Shown here: piece by piece, positions 40,183 through 53,556 of the stretch
Numbering within the stretch: position 1 is the stretch's first letter
How the letters are laid out: each line of letters opens with the position of its first letter
NCBI RefSeq assembly: GCF_001194135.2
Contig: NC_069002.1
Location: 8,468,143-8,528,937 of the forward strand
Reading direction: 5' to 3'
Source of the DNA: Octopus bimaculoides
Lineage: Eukaryota
DNA: 60,795 nucleotides
The notes under the pieces: generated by a model
Databases searched by the model: none
Told to the model about the DNA's origin: nothing
The model's input: the letters and a program-made list of their open reading frames with translations, nothing else
Translations under genes and position numbers: made by a program

Positions 40183-40790
40183 CAAAATAAAATTTAAAGT
40201 GGAGAAGAAAAAGAAAAAAGATCTACAAAACAACAACAACAACAATAATAATAATAATAATAATAATTATCACCATCATCTTTGTCGTCATCATCATCTC
40301 CCATGAGACGGGATTTCACTTCAGTTCATTAAATTTATAGTTCTTTTGACTCACCCCTATGAATATAGTATATAGACACTCAATTTAGAGTGAAATATCC
40401 AGAAGAAAGTTTCCTTTTGCATTCCTTCACCTCTACACTTCCTGTGTCCACATTATTATCCTCCCCTCCTCTTCTTTTTCCTCCTCAATATCATCCTCAT
40501 CAATAACATTATTATTGGAGTTATTATTGAGAGCAGTGCATGCGATCAAAGTGACACTGAGGTACAAATATGCGAAGCCCAATATATCCTCTTACTACTA
40601 ATACTACTATTATTATTATTATTGCTGTTGTTGATATTGGAATTATTGTTATTATGTCCTCATTCCTCTCTCTCCAACAATAACATCTTCCATATGATGG
40701 ATTAGCGCTGACTTCTTTCCGATTCCAATCTATTGTACAACGGAATTTTCTTTCAGAAGTACATATATATATATATATATATAGGGTGTA

Positions 40791-40842
<52 letters not shown>

Positions 40843-41524
40843 CTTATATATATAGCTATGTGTGTTTCTATATATTTTCGAGTGAATGTATGTATAAGGG
40901 TGTGTTTACGTATATACACTTATCAATGTAGATATACTCATAAATACGTGCATGCATTCATTCATTCATACATGAGCAGGGACACTCAAATATGGGAATA
41001 TCTTGGATAATTGTGAAAGCACTTTACTTCAATCCTGCAGTAATTATTCAGCCACATTCAATTTCGACTTAGAACGTTTAATCATCTATCATTCGATCGC
41101 TATCAATTTCCTGGTCAAACAATTCTAATATCTCTTTCTATTCACAGGCAATTCATCCCATTAGTCGTCATCATCATGATGGTGATCATCCTCATCATCA
41201 CCAGCAACAGCACCTGCCCCTCGATATTACTACTGAGTCGTGAGTTGCAAAAAATATTGTACAATGCTTTGTTGTGTCGAGTTGAAATTGCAAAGATTAT
41301 GGTTGGACGCCCTAAAACTTCTGTCTTCCATTATTTATTGGTATATTTCTTATCCATCTTCCAAACAAGTCAAAAATTGGTTTCGGAATGATATAAGCTT
41401 GAATTCTAAAGAACAAGCAAAATATTCCACATGGCATAATCATAGAGCCGGTTACCGGCTTTCCAAACACACTCATATATATGTATCTTCCAACGGTCGT
41501 ATTGCGTCACTACTTGATATCCTG

Positions 41525-41561
<37 letters not shown>

Positions 41562-41749
41562 AATTGGGGGGAATTGAGTAGGTAAACTACGTCAATAAAC
41601 TGTTATTGTTCCTGAAAGTTGTTTTTTCTGCCTACTACAGTCTACTCAAAGCTTACTAATTTCCTCAGATCCGGAAAAATCAACAGCGTACCTTTAATTC
41701 ATATATTTTGTAGATATGTAGAAATATTATAAAAGGAATATAACAATAT

Positions 41750-41966
41750 AAATTATTTCAAATTTTGGCACAAGGCCAGCAATTTCGCGGGAGTAGGTTG
41801 ATTACATCAGCCTCTGTTATCAACTGGTACTTATTTTATTGGTCTCCGGAAGAGTGAAAGGCAAAGTTGACCACTGTCGTATTTGAACTCAGAACGGAAA
41901 AGACGGACGAAGTACCGCTAAGCAATTTGTATGACGTGCTACTAATTCAGGCAGCTCACCGCCTTA
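41750..41966 (-). mobile_element. SINE family A full-length copy
   Basis: TTGGCACAAGGCCAGC...CTGGTACTTATTTTATT...ATTTGAACTCAGAACG...GCAGCTCACCGCCTT. Confidence 0.85.
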
Positions 41967-41984
41967 CTTCTGTAGCCTTTACTT

Positions 41985-42358
41985 GTTTCTGTGATTAGAC
42001 TACGGCCTTGCTGGAGCACTGCATTGATGGATTATTTTACTCGAATGAATCGAACCCAGTGCTAATTTTTTTAAACATGGCACTTATTCTATCGGTCGAT
42101 TTTGTCAAACCAATATATTACGTGGACAAACACAAACACCGGTTTCAAACGGTAGCGGAGGGAAACACAAAGATAGATAAACACACACACGTAGATATAT
42201 ATACAATGACGGGCTTCTTTCAGTTTCCGTCTGCTAAATCCACATACAAGGTGTTGGTCGGCCCAAAGCAATAGTAGAAGACACTGGCACAAGATGACAA
42301 GCAGAGGAACTGAACCTGGAACCATATAGTTGGGAAGCAAGCTTCTTGCCACACTACC
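41985..42358 (-). mobile_element. CORE-type SINE family B (Octopus OR-like), near full length
   Basis: Minus strand reads tRNA-like head (GGTTCCAGGTTCAGTTCC), CORE-like CTTGTGCCAGTGTCTTCTACTAT, ACGGAAACTGAAAGAAGCCCGTC, an internal microsatellite, then a CTCCAGCAAGGCCGTAGTC tail. Confidence 0.8.
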
Positions 42359-42364
42359 CTCTTG

Positions 42365-42560
42365 ATAATTTTGGTGCAACGCCATCAATTTGGCGGGAGG
42401 GGGAAATCGATTGTATCGATCCCGTTAATTTACTGCTACTTATTTCATGAAGCCCGAAAGGATGAAAGACAAAGTCGACCCCGATGGCATTTGAACTCAG
42501 AACATAAAAACTGAAGAAAGAAAGCTAGTCATCCTAACGATTCTACCAGCTCGCCCCCTT
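42365..42560 (-). mobile_element. SINE family A copy
   Basis: CCCGAAAGGATGAAAGACAAAGTCGACC...ATTTGAACTCAGAAC...TTCTACCAGCTCGCC. Confidence 0.8.
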
Positions 42561-43482
42561 AATCTTAATATAATTACCGCATATTTGTTGTTGTTAAAAA
42601 ATTTATATTAGTTAAGCGTTTTATTTTAATATATGTAAATCATATATTAATCATAGCACCGACTACTTACAGAGACGTTGTGTATTAGGTTGATGTACAT
42701 CTGTCTCATCAGCCTTTTCCCACCGTCATTTCAATACACATAAATACACACAAACATACTCAGATAAATATACATATGTATAGATCTATCTATGTGTATA
42801 TATATATATATATATACACACGCACACATACTCATGCACATAAATATATATATATATATATATACACATGTATACACACACTCATACTTATACACAAATA
42901 CATACACACACATACTCGTAAATATATATGCGTGTTTGCGTATGAATGTAATGTGCGTGTTTGTGTATGTGTAATGATTGTGAGGTGTGTATGTGTTGGG
43001 GGGGGGGACTTGTTCATGTGCAGATATGCGTCTCTTTGTGTATGTCTGCATAATCAGTAACATTTATTTCAAAGATAAGCGATAAAAAAATCCCACAAAT
43101 ACTTCAATTGTATTGCTTCTCAAACTACACCAATTAATTTAATTCCACCATTTATATTTTTTGCTATGTATTTAAATTTTTAAATTTTGTTTACTCATAT
43201 TTACAAAATACGATTGGTGAAATTTAAATAACAATGTCACCAAATAATTTTACTTTGATGGAAATAGCGATCTTAATATCCGCTGCTAATTATTGTAAAA
43301 TATTTGCATGACAACTCTTTGAATAAAATGGCTACAATGACATCTGAACTTACTCAGTTTTTAATTCATAGTGTCGTCATATTTTCTTCATTCATTGTCT
43401 CATATTAGAAATTCTTATTTTCCATCTGCTGATCTCTAGTTTTTTTTTTTTCACCAAATATTTTAAATATATGCTTTTCGAG

Positions 43483-43860
43483 TTCTACGGTCACAGTCTT
43501 CAGGATTTAGCTCCTGCGCGTAATGGGGTTTCCGCGGGCGAAAATTCTTTATGCAACACCGTACGTATTGTTTGTCTTGTTAGTGCACTTTCATGAGCTG
43601 GTTGACGTGTTGACTTCTGTGGGCTGCGATTAAACATTTCCTGCACTGTTGCCACGTTCTCCGCTGATCGGGATGTAGTTGGACGGCCACTTCTTGCATC
43701 GTTCACAGAGCCCGTGATCATTAGCTTTGCATGACAACTGTTCATTGTCTCCGGGCGTAGTGTTGCATGTTTAACTTTCCATGCACGCCTCCAAGCAAAA
43801 CAATGCAATTCCACACTTCATAGTGTACTGCTATCTAAGCTCGCTCCAGCACAGTCAAGG
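43483..43860 (-). mobile_element. Decayed Tc1/mariner-family transposase, N-terminal DNA-binding region
   Basis: Frameshifted minus-strand translation LTVLERA*IAVHYEVWN...HATLRPETMNSCHAKLMITGSVNDARSGRPTTSRSAENVATVQEMFNRSPQKSTRQPAHESALTRQTIRTVLHKE...KPHYAQELNPEDCDRR. The TGSVxD..SGRP, RSPxKSTRQ and KPHYxQEL motifs are typical of this family. Confidence 0.85.
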
Positions 43861-44004
43861 AACCGGCCATTTGGAAAATAAGAAATAGAAAATAAGAAAT
43901 TCCCATTACTGTTGTCTGTTTAAAAAAAATATATTTCTCATAACTTCAGTGGTACTAAAAATTCAATAAACAATTCCTAATGCCTATATATATATATTCT
44001 CTGT

Positions 44005-44120
44005 AAGCCTAGGACTTATTCTATCGGTTGCTTTCGAGGAGCCGCTAAGTTACGAGGACATAAACACACCAGCATCGGTGGTCAAATGATGTTGGGGAGA
44101 CAAACACAGACACACAAACA
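44005..44120 (-). mobile_element. SINE family B 3' fragment
   Basis: GTAAGCCTAGGACTTATTCTATCGG...CCGCTAAGTTACGAGGACATAAACACACCAGCATCGG. Confidence 0.75.
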
Positions 44121-44125
44121 TATAT

Positions 44126-44170
<45 letters not shown>

Positions 44171-44751
44171 CACATTGATATATCTATATATATATAGACA
44201 GACAGAGAGATATAGATATATAAAATCATATTTGGATGTGTATATATATGCTTTTATTTGTATGTGTATTTACATATATATATATCAATATATAGAGACA
44301 AGAGAAACATACAGATATGCAAATATATATATGCATTTATGTGTGTGTGATGTGCATGTGTGTGGGGTGCATAAATAAATATAAAAATTGAATATCAAAT
44401 AGTTTGGGTAAATATTTTGATAAATATCAGAAGCAATGTGCTAAGGTTATATCAGACGTCACTTGTTTGAAAACTGATCGATGTCTTATAAATATTATCA
44501 TCATGATTATTATTATTATCATTATTATTATTATTACAGAGATCATTTTCTTTTTCTTCGTTTTCGGTATTTTTGTCTCAAACGTAGATCCCATTTACGA
44601 GGATGTGACAATGAAAACATCAATTTGATAAGTCTAAAATGCTTGGGAAACGAAAATCAATTTTGAAACGTAATGTTGTTGTGTGTGATTCACTGGTATA
44701 TACACAGACACACGATATATATTGATAAATATTTATATGCATGTATATATA

Positions 44752-44782
<31 letters not shown>

Positions 44783-45254
44783 GTAAATGTGTATGTATGT
44801 ATATATATATATATATATACATACATACGAATATTTACCAATATATATGGTGTGTCTGTATATATACACACATGTAAATCTATTATGTGAACATATTCAT
44901 ATAATTATATGTAGCGAAGTAAACAGATCGTGTATGGTAATTTCCTCAGTCGAAGCCTATAGTTATGTCCTGGTTAAATACAATCAGAAGATATTGGTAA
45001 GAGAGACACGAAATGTGTTTATGTTAATTACATACAGACAGAGTAGAGTTGTCAACCAGATAACGATGATTCGTTTTAATACATGTCGACATATTGGTGA
45101 TAAAGTTGTAGCTGAAGTGATTTTCTCATATTCTAACATAATATGGGAATATTTTCGAAATGTTTACTCAAAACATACCGTCTATTTACACTTGTTAACA
45201 TTGCCATTGTTTTATCCTAAGTAAGCCACGATCAACCACACTTATGAGGAATGC

Positions 45255-45345
45255 TGTGTAGGCGCAAGGCGTGGTTGTGTTCTAAGAAGCTTGCTTTTCA
45301 ACAACATATTTCTGGGTTCAGTGCCACTGCGTGACACCTTAGGTA
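45255..45345 (+). mobile_element. SINE family B 5' fragment
   Basis: GTAGGCGCAAGGCGTGGTTGTG...AAGAAGCTTGCTT...GGGTTCAGTGCCACTGCGTGACACCTTAGG. Confidence 0.75.
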
Positions 45346-45979
45346 AAATATAAATGAAAATTCAGTAGGGTACCCAAATACCACTTGCTATAAACCTATG
45401 TTAGAGACGGAAATGGAATATACGAGCAACTTTATTGCTTACAAGAATCGTTTCGATCCATCCTGCATCAATACCTCATGCATCGGATATTGTACCACTG
45501 GTTGTTGCGGTGCATCCCTCGTTGCAGAAGTGCCTCGTCTGGTGATCGTATAAGAGGTACCTCGTTAAATAAATCCTGTTTCGCTCTGTTCTATAATAGC
45601 GTGCTGTTAGTGACCCCACCCTACCATATATATATATATATATATTCAGTGAGATATTATAATAGAAAATTACTATATTATGAGACATTAAATAAATTAT
45701 AATATAGGTGGCTATAGCAATTAAAACTAAAAAGGCAAAATTCATAAATGAGGGTGCAAAATAGCACCAGATATTCCTAGAAATAAGAGCTAAAAAAATA
45801 TAACTCGCATAGCCACACAAAATCACCAACCTCGTTACATGCTCAGAGACAGCGTGCGGCAAGCCACATCTTTCTTCAATGAGATAAATTCAGAGAATAA
45901 AGTAGTTTCATAAAACACTCGCGTGATTCCGAAATTTAACCAACATGGTCTCCTCATGGTTTCTACAATTTACTCCGGT

Positions 45980-46290
45980 TTAAAGATAGCATAAGTACCA
46001 CCAGACCTATAGTAAACGCTCATAAGATCTGGCGTCGACTCGTCCGACTCAGTCCTACAAGCTGGAGCAACAATATGGCTGCAGTCCAATGACTTCAATA
46101 AGTAAAAGATAAGAGATATCATACTTGATGTAAGATAAACGAAGAAACTATTATTAAATGAAATTCTAAGTTTTATTCGATTACATATACGACCCAACTC
46201 TTGGATGGTAAGATGTGAGGCAGCCGTGATCGCTGGGTGTTTTTCCAAATATTGATTTGACCCGAAGTTCAAATGCTTTTGACACTGTAA
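45980..46290 (+). mobile_element. Highly decayed LINE reverse transcriptase remnant
   Basis: Across frameshifts, TRPIV..KIWRRLVRL / EQQYG / IDL..SNAFDTV occur in the order expected for RT motifs YRPI..KI.ERL, QxGF and DLxKAFDTV. Confidence 0.35.
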
Positions 46291-46454
46291 CCCTTTATAT
46301 ATTAACGTTAGCTATGTTGACAACATTAGTAAATAATATGTAGATACACGATAACATATTGGCAGACACGATAACTTATTGGCAGACATTATTTTCATCA
46401 GCTGTTGGGCGACGTGCTAGAAGAATCGTTTCTAACGCCAGACAAAAAGGTTTG

Positions 46455-46690
46455 TGCCAGTGGTGGTGGTAGTGGTGGCAGTGGCAGCGCTGATGCTTGT
46501 GGTAGTGTGCGGCGGCGGTAGTGGTAGTGGTGGCTTTGATTGTGGTTCTGGTGGTAGTGATGGTTGTACTTGTGGTGGTGGTGGTGGTGGTGGTGTGCAG
46601 AGGCGGCGGCGGTGGCGGTAAGTGGTAGTGATGGTGCTTGTGACGGTTGCGGTGATAGCAGTAGTGATGGTGATGGTGATGGTGGTGTGC
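46455..46690. repeat. (GGT/GTG/GAT)n trinucleotide low-complexity tract
   Basis: Visible; it is the source of the His/Thr/Pro-rich ORFs. Confidence 0.9.
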
Positions 46691-47098
46691 ATCTCCCAAG
46701 GAAGAACCTCCAAAGAATTGACATAGATGAATGGAAAGATGTCAGGAAGTGATTCACAGATCATGTCTAGCGCTCGACCTTGTGCTCTCCAACATGCACT
46801 GGTTTTGCTGAAGAAGAACGTAGTGCAGACGCACGAACACGCTTTTGTTTCTTGCACAATCCAGTTTATTCTTTCGTGCCTCTAGAACCTGACACGTGAA
46901 CATAACGGAAGCAGATATTATTGCATGTTGTCCGTAGAGAACTAAGGTCAGCTTTATCTTTCATTCCTTTGGAGATTAAGTAGATATGTACCAGGCATTT
47001 TCTGGTGCCGATTTAATGTAAAATTTCTCCGCTTGACATGATTGATAACTACATGCCAAATTGAGATCATTACTATTATTGCTATTATTATTATTATT

Positions 47099-47310
47099 AA
47101 GGTGGTGTGCTGGAAGAATCGTTGGCCGAAAAGCTTAGCGATATTTCGCCCGTCGCTACATTGTGAGTTCAAATTCCACTGAGGTTGATTTTGCCCTTCA
47201 TCCTTTCGGGGTTGATAAATTAAGTAGCAGTTACGAACTGAGGTCGATGTAATTGACTTATTTGTACCCTTAGAATTTCAGGCACTTTGCCTATAGTAGA
47301 AAGGATTATT
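47099..47310 (+). mobile_element. SINE family A full-length copy between (ATT)n runs
   Basis: AAGGTGGTGTGCTGGAAGAATCG...GAGTTCAAATTCCACTGAGG...TTTCATCCTTTCGGGGTTGATAAATTAAGTA...AGTAGAAAGGATTATT. Confidence 0.85.
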
Positions 47311-47316
47311 ATTATT

Positions 47317-47364
<48 letters not shown>

Positions 47365-47654
47365 GGTAGTAGTAGTAGTAAAGACGGTATCTGCTGTAGT
47401 GAAAAATATGCTTACATTTATTTGTTACTTAGCCTACATTATTATAGCTGAGAGAGTGTGAGCCCCAGGGAAATATAGCCTAACAATCTACTGTTCCATT
47501 TAGTGAGCTTTTGAAATATTTCTTCCATTGAAGATAAGAAAAACAAAATAGGAAATCAAAAAAGAAAATCAATCTATTGATAAATTGATGATAAATAACA
47601 AGGACTTTGGGTTTTTGGTGCAATGTTAAATATTTTATTTGCCATTAGAAATGA

Positions 47655-47900
47655 AGAAGAGGAGGAGGAGGAGGAGGAAAAGATGAAAAAGAAGAAACAG
47701 AATAAACAGAAGAAGAAGAAAAGGAAAAAGAAAAAGAATAAGAAAAAGAATAAGAAAAAGAGTAAGAAAAAGAAGAGGGGACGTGTGGAGGAAAGAAGAA
47801 AAGGGAAGGAAGGAAGAAAGAAAAAATGAAATAAAGAACGAAAGAAAGAAAGAAATAAAGAAAGAAAGAACGACCGAGCGAAATGAAGAAAGAAAGGAAG
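47655..47900. repeat. Purine-rich (GAG/GAA/AAAG)n tract
   Basis: Visible. Confidence 0.9.
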
Positions 47901-48497
47901 AAAGAGTTGTGCGCTGTTGTTTTAAAAGAATCTCTTGTGGAAAGGAATATAACAGAACGGGAATGAAAGAATAAAGGAATGAATAGAATGCTTAAGAGAA
48001 TCGTTGAGGAATTCAATTAGTATCTGGTGGAGTTAAATTTATTTGATTATAAAATGTATGTTAGATAATAAATGATGAATAATAATCGACTGACCCGAGG
48101 GAGTCACACAGATGGAGAAACTCACGGTGATGGTTCTCATAAACAAAGTTTCTTGTCCTAATTATAAACCGCAATTGCCCTCAACACCGCAAAAGGAAAA
48201 TAGCTGAAAGCCACAACATAATGTTTGTTTCTACAAACAACCGATAATGCAATACAGAGGATGGGCAATTGTTGCTGGTGATTTGCTGTTGTTCATGTTG
48301 TTGTGTTGCTGCCGTTGTTGTTGTTGTTAGTGGTGGTGTTAGTGGTACTGTGACTGTTGTTGTTACTGTTGCTGCTGCGGTTTTTAACCCAAATCTGCCC
48401 CTGGCTGAACAAATCTAAGCTCAAATTTACTTCGCTCGTGTCTATGACGTCATTTTTTTACGGAATGTTATTTGAAGTAATTTATGGCGTCATTGAA

Positions 48498-48680
48498 CGC
48501 ATGTGGCCGAGGAGTTAAGGGTATTCCGGTCACAATAGCAAGTTGGTGGTTTCGATTCCCGGACCGGGCGATGCTTTGTACACTTGAGCAAAATAATTCA
48601 TTTCACGTTACTCCAGTTCACTATACTGCAAACGGGTAAACCACGCGACCGACCGGCGATCCATTCAGGGAGAATGTCAT
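48498..48680 (+). mobile_element. SINE family C 5' half
   Basis: CGCATGTGGCCGAGGAGTTAAGGGT...GGTTTCGATTCCCGGACCGGGC...TTGAGCAA...TTTCACGTTACTCCAGTTCAC. Confidence 0.75.
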
Positions 48681-48708
48681 GGTCTCGATCACTTACATGG
48701 CATTGACC

Positions 48709-48899
48709 CCGAGTAATGTCCTCCATAGGACCATCATGGTTGCCTTTTCTCTGGTTCTGAATGTTCTCAGGATTCATCCAGCCAGTCGTCTGCACTTTGT
48801 CGCCATCCTGGTAATGTGCACTTGGAAAGAAGTATCATCACTCATGTCAATACCCAGGTCCCTCACTAATTTAGGCTCTGGGACAGTAATTCCCTGTGA
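48709..48899 (-). mobile_element. CR1/L2-type LINE reverse transcriptase C-terminal fragment (inactivated)
   Basis: Minus frame SQGITVPEPKLVRDLGIDMSDDTSFQVHITRMATKCRRLAG*ILRTFRTREKATMMVLWRTL matches the VRDLGI...HI...GWILRTF pattern; the W codon has mutated to a stop. Confidence 0.8.
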
Positions 48900-49530
48900 A
48901 ATATTTTGTTGGGTTTATGTCAGTCACCTTGAGTTTCGCTTGTGGCTGCACTGGGTTGTGAGGCAAAGGACAACCCCCAAAATGGTAGAACTTGTACATC
49001 CATATATAGAATTCCTGACCACGAGGAGAAATAATTTAAGATTGAAAAAAGAAGTGAATGAAAAAGGAAAAGAAAAATAAATGAAAAAGACGGGAAAAAT
49101 AGAGAAAAGATGAGAAAAGGAAGGTGGGTTTTCTCAGAAGATAGAGTAATTCACATCATAAAGATTAATAATATTTTGATTTGATCGAATTGGGCTTTTA
49201 CTACTCGATGTTTCACGTGAGAGAGCTCAGCGTCATCAAGCAACTTACTGGATTCCTGTTGTAAGATATAAATGATGGAGGGAAATTGAGATAAACGATG
49301 AGGAGAAATAAAAAGGGGGGGGACAACTTGAAGGAGATTAGGAAAGAGGGAAAAGTATAGAAACAGAAAAGGAAAATAAGGAAACAATGCAATAAGAAGA
49401 AGAAGGTTATGACGGTAAAAAGAATTTAGTGGGAAAATGGCAGGTAAGTGAATTGGATTCAATGGGGAAAGAGCTACAATTGGAGGGTGTGTATTTAACT
49501 GTATAACTAGATACATGAATATGAATATAA

Positions 49531-49563
<33 letters not shown>

Positions 49564-49985
49564 AAGAGAAAGAGAAAGAGAGAGANNNNNNNNNNNNNNN
49601 NNNNNNNNNNNNNNNNNNNNNNNNNNNNNNNNNNNNNNNNNNNNNNNNNNNNNNNNNNNNNNNNNNNNNNNNNNNNNNNNNNNNNNNNNNNNNNNNNNNN
49701 NNNNNNNNNNNNNNNNNNNNNNNNNNNNNNNNNNNNNNNNNNNNNNNNNNNNNNNNNNNNNNNNNNNNNNNNNNNNNNNNNNNNNNNNNNNNNNNNNNNN
49801 NNNNNNNNNNNNNNNNNNNNNNNNNNNNNNNNNNNNNNNNNNNNNNNNNNNNNNNNNNNNNNNNNNNNNNNNNNNNNNNNNNNNNNNNNNNNNNNNNNNN
49901 NNNNNNNNNCTAACATCTGCCCAGCCTACTTCAATCCCCTCAATCAAAACCTTCTTCTTCCGTTCTATTTTTCCCCATTTTCTGT

Positions 49986-50016
<31 letters not shown>

Positions 50017-50383
50017 GCGCATGGCTCACTGGCTAGAGCGTCGAACTTACGGTCGTGAGGCTGTGAGCTCGACTTCCGGACCGGCCTATGTGTTGTGTTC
50101 TTGAGCAAGACACTTTATTTCACGTTGCTCCAGTTCACTCAGCTGTAGAAATGAGTTGCGACGTCACTGTTGCCAAGCTGTATCGGCCTTTGCCTTTCCC
50201 TTGGATAACATCGATGGCATGGAGAGAGGAGAGACTGGTATGCATGGGCGAATGCCAGTTTTCCATAAAAAAAAAAGCAACCCTAAGTTGTGCGTTTGCC
50301 AGTGAGGTGACTTTCTGTCCAGACTTGTACCCCGGAGGGGAATCTCTTAGGTGCAACCATGGCCATTCGTGACCGACAGAGTC
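50017..50383 (+). mobile_element. SINE family C, near full length (tRNA head, CORE-like TTGAGCAAGACACTT, long tail)
   Basis: GCGCATGGCTCACTGGCTAGAGCG...CCGGACCGG...TTCTTGAGCAAGACACTTTATTTCACGTTGCTCCAGTTCACTCAGCTG...AGGTGCAACCATGGCCATTCGTGACC. Confidence 0.8.
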
Positions 50384-50431
50384 GTTATATATATTTGTAT
50401 ATTTAATTATATGCATGTGTCTATATATATA

Positions 50432-50477
<46 letters not shown>

Positions 50478-50689
50478 TACAAACACATATATAGTGAGTT
50501 ATTTCATTACTTATTTTATTTCTATTCTTCACAATAATCCAACTTTTCTCATTTCGTTAACGCTACATTTATTTAACCATAAAGAATTAATGAAAATGCA
50601 GCAGTCCAAAGTCATTCCTTTGTTTTGTCAGTGGGTTGTAGAGGGTGGCCTAATGACAAAAATCACACCTTCCACGGCAATACTTCACT

Positions 50690-51110
50690 ATTACCCCACC
50701 ACCACTACTAACACTCCCACAACAACTCCCCCATTACTGCTACTATTACTACTACTAGCACCACCACCTCCATCATCACCACTAATGCTACTATTATTTC
50801 CACTACCATCACTGCTATTACCACCACTACCACAACCCCTACTACTACTATGACAACCAGCAGAACCCTAACACTCCCACCACCACTACTATTATCACTC
50901 CTATCCCCATCACCACTACCAAAATGCCCACTTGTAAAAGTGGGCCTCCACTTGTAAAAGTGGGCCTCTAACTTACCACTGCTATCACTCCAACTACAGC
51001 GAACACCACCACTATTACTACTGTTACTGCTACTGCTGTTGTTCACTCCCACTACGTCAGCAACTTCACTGACGACATCACTATCGCCACCATCAAGTCC
51101 CACCGCCATG
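50690..51110. repeat. (ACT/ACC)n degenerate trinucleotide tract
   Basis: Visible. Confidence 0.9.
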
Positions 51111-51689
51111 TTCCTCTGTGGCCAGCCAGTTTCCTGTCAGTCCTGATATTGTTGTAAAGTATTTGTGCGAATATAAAGACCACAAATAGACTGGACAAAT
51201 GTTAAATCGTTCATCAGTTAAATTGCTGATAGCTTGATGAAACTTTTTCTCTCTTTTTCTTTGTAAATGGTTATATTTTACTAAATTACGAGTGGTTACG
51301 GAGGTAGTGGAGGTGGGTTTTCGCTTATTTTCGCATGAATCAATCAAGCAATGTTCAATAGACGGAGGAAACAATCAAAGGGTCGATAAAATCAATCAAT
51401 ATTAAGTTGTTTTCCGCTAGTGTGATGTGATAAATGGAATCACTTATTTGGCTTAACACTTATCAGATTCGATAATATAACGAGTGATTAATCGCATTGG
51501 CCTCCTGTCGTGGCTCTCAGAACTGCTTTCGTTTCTCTTTCTTGAGTGGCCGGACTATACATCCATTCAGCCATCTTCTCCGCCCATTATTCGTCGGAGG
51601 GTCATGGGAGCAGTCCTCATGCACCTCCTCCCTCCATTGGGTCTTATCAGAAGCAACGGTCATTTCACTTTCGGACCGGATTACACGCA

Positions 51690-51746
51690 AAACTAAACGG
51701 TTGTCAAGCGATGGTGAGGGACAAACACATACACTCAAATACATAC

Positions 51747-51784
<38 letters not shown>

Positions 51785-51830
51785 GACAGGCTTCTTTCAG
51801 TTTCTGTCTACCAAATCCACTTCCTTTGTG
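51690..51830 (-). mobile_element. SINE family B internal fragment
   Basis: CGGTTGTCAAGCGATGGTGAGGGACAAAC-(TA)n-CGACAGGCTTCTTTCAGTTTCTGTCTACCAAATCCAC. Confidence 0.75.
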
Positions 51831-51895
51831 GTTGGGTCGTTGATGACCTCTTTCTAGCATATCGAATGTCCACTTAGTGGTCATCCCTTCTTATA

Positions 51896-51969
<74 letters not shown>

Positions 51970-52904
51970 ACTTTCTAAGACCAGTCATGTGAATATACTA
52001 ATTTGAACCATGAACTTTCTACAAAAATAGGGCAAGCCGCAAACACTAGTCAGAAGCACACTGCGACATTAACCTTGTCTTTCTATTTGAACTTTTTGAA
52101 AATCAGTGTAAACTGTGATACCGGTTAAAGCTTCAAATATATTAATAAGAAATATTTTAACGATTCTCAGTGCATTTTCAACTTCTATTTTTCCTATATA
52201 TATAGTGGGGTGTCTAGGTGTTTGTGAATAGATAAATTTTGCAAGGTTGTTATATAAGCTAGAATATGACAAACGGAACGAAAACATATATAGCATTTAA
52301 ATTTTCCATTAATGGGAATGATAAGAACGTGGTGTATAGAAGCATTATAATTGTAGATATGTCTAAATTATGTCCTAATATGGTAACCAAGTCGCTGGTT
52401 GTATATGACAAGTATTCGAGACCACTTATGACGTTGAAAATCTGTGAAAATATTTCGAAGTTTCTAGTTCCTTTTTGAAATGTTATTTTACATTAACGAG
52501 GAAGTAGAGAAAAGCCTATTGAAATATCGTTTGGATAAAATAATGTGATTTATGTAAATTGTAAGGATGTATAATTAGGATTTAGACGCATTAGTTTTGC
52601 TGTAGCTTCATTAATTTAAACGATATATAAGATTTTAGATAGCATTATTGAATAATATACGGTAAAACTCGGAGATGATTGTGAGTTAGGAATGAAATGA
52701 ATGCAAAATAATTTAACGTACAGGTAGTGTACTGAAAATTAATTAACGACTGATAAGTAAGAAATATATATTATTTGATATAATGCTACGCGCCATTCTT
52801 ACTTTTACACATTCAGTTGTTAATTTTTCTTACGACGTCAATTTAGTCTCTTTTTCTTTCTCTTGTTCCTTCCTCTTTCTATTCTACTAATTTAACTCTG
52901 TTTT

Positions 52905-53410
52905 GTCTTTCTCTCTCTCTCTGTCCTTCTCACTCTCACGTTGCTTTTTGTCTGCCCTCAACCACATTTTTTTGCGACGTCTAATACTGTCTCTTTTCCC
53001 TTCCTCTCTCTCTCTCTCTCTCCTTATCTCTCTCTCTCTCTCTCCCTATCTCTCTCTCTCTCACCAATTTAAATCTTTTCTGCCCCTCCCTCTCTCTCTC
53101 CCACTTTCAGAAACTTAACTGTTGCTTTTTGTTTGACCCCAACCACTTTTTTTTTCGACGTCTAAATTCTGTCACTTTTTCTATTTCTCTTTTCCCTTCC
53201 TCACTCCCTTTTCCCTTCCTCTTTCTCTCTCTCTCTCTATTTTCCCTTCCTCTTTCTCTCACCAATTTACCTCTTTCTTGCCTACTTCTCTCCCTCCTCT
53301 CCGCTCTGACCAACTTACCTCTCTTCTGCCTTGTGTCTTTACTCTCCACCACTTTCTCTCTTCTCCCCTACCATGTGACGCATGACCATTCGCATCCCTC
53401 CCCCCCTTCT
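52905..53410. repeat. CT-rich tract with internal ~150-nt imperfect duplication
   Basis: (CT)n runs; the block (C)CTCAACCACATTTTTTTGCGACGTCTAA / CCCCAACCACTTTTTTTTTCGACGTCTAA occurs at ~52955 and ~53135. Confidence 0.8.
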
Positions 53411-53556
53411 CCCTTTTGCCTGACCTTTAACAGGTCCCTGTTAGTGTATATGTTTTCATTCATATGCAATTACTACACCATTAGAGCATTTTAGCTCGTA
53501 TTTCTAGGAATGTAGTTGTTCCTAAACACGCCAGTCACATTTAATGACAAATATAT

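Noticed and set aside
42700-42715. Isolated CTGANGA hits (also ~5056, 5415, 9918, 10156, 12256, 20644, 23426, 34504, 35978, 41664, 44944, 46396, 46809, 51068, 51212)
   Set aside because: No compatible stem II followed by GAAA and stem III; expected background for a 7-mer.
43470-43505. Minus-strand CTGAAGA...GAAA at hammerhead-like spacing
   Set aside because: C-C at the 10.1/11.1 position, no stems I or III, and fully explained by transposase coding sequence.
46376-46857. His/Thr/Pro-rich ORFs (similar ones at 13627-14006, 47623-48016, 50431-51109)
   Set aside because: They coincide exactly with trinucleotide or purine tracts and have no domain content.
49243-49258. Minus-strand 7-nt micro-exon (CAG|GAATCCA|GTAAGT) after a pyrimidine tract
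   Set aside because: Frame-shifting length, no partner exons identified, and the tract derives from low-complexity sequence.
51560-51690. Minus frame ASDKTQWREEV resembling the RTE AxDRxxWRxxV terminal motif
   Set aside because: Single short motif with no supporting upstream RT similarity.
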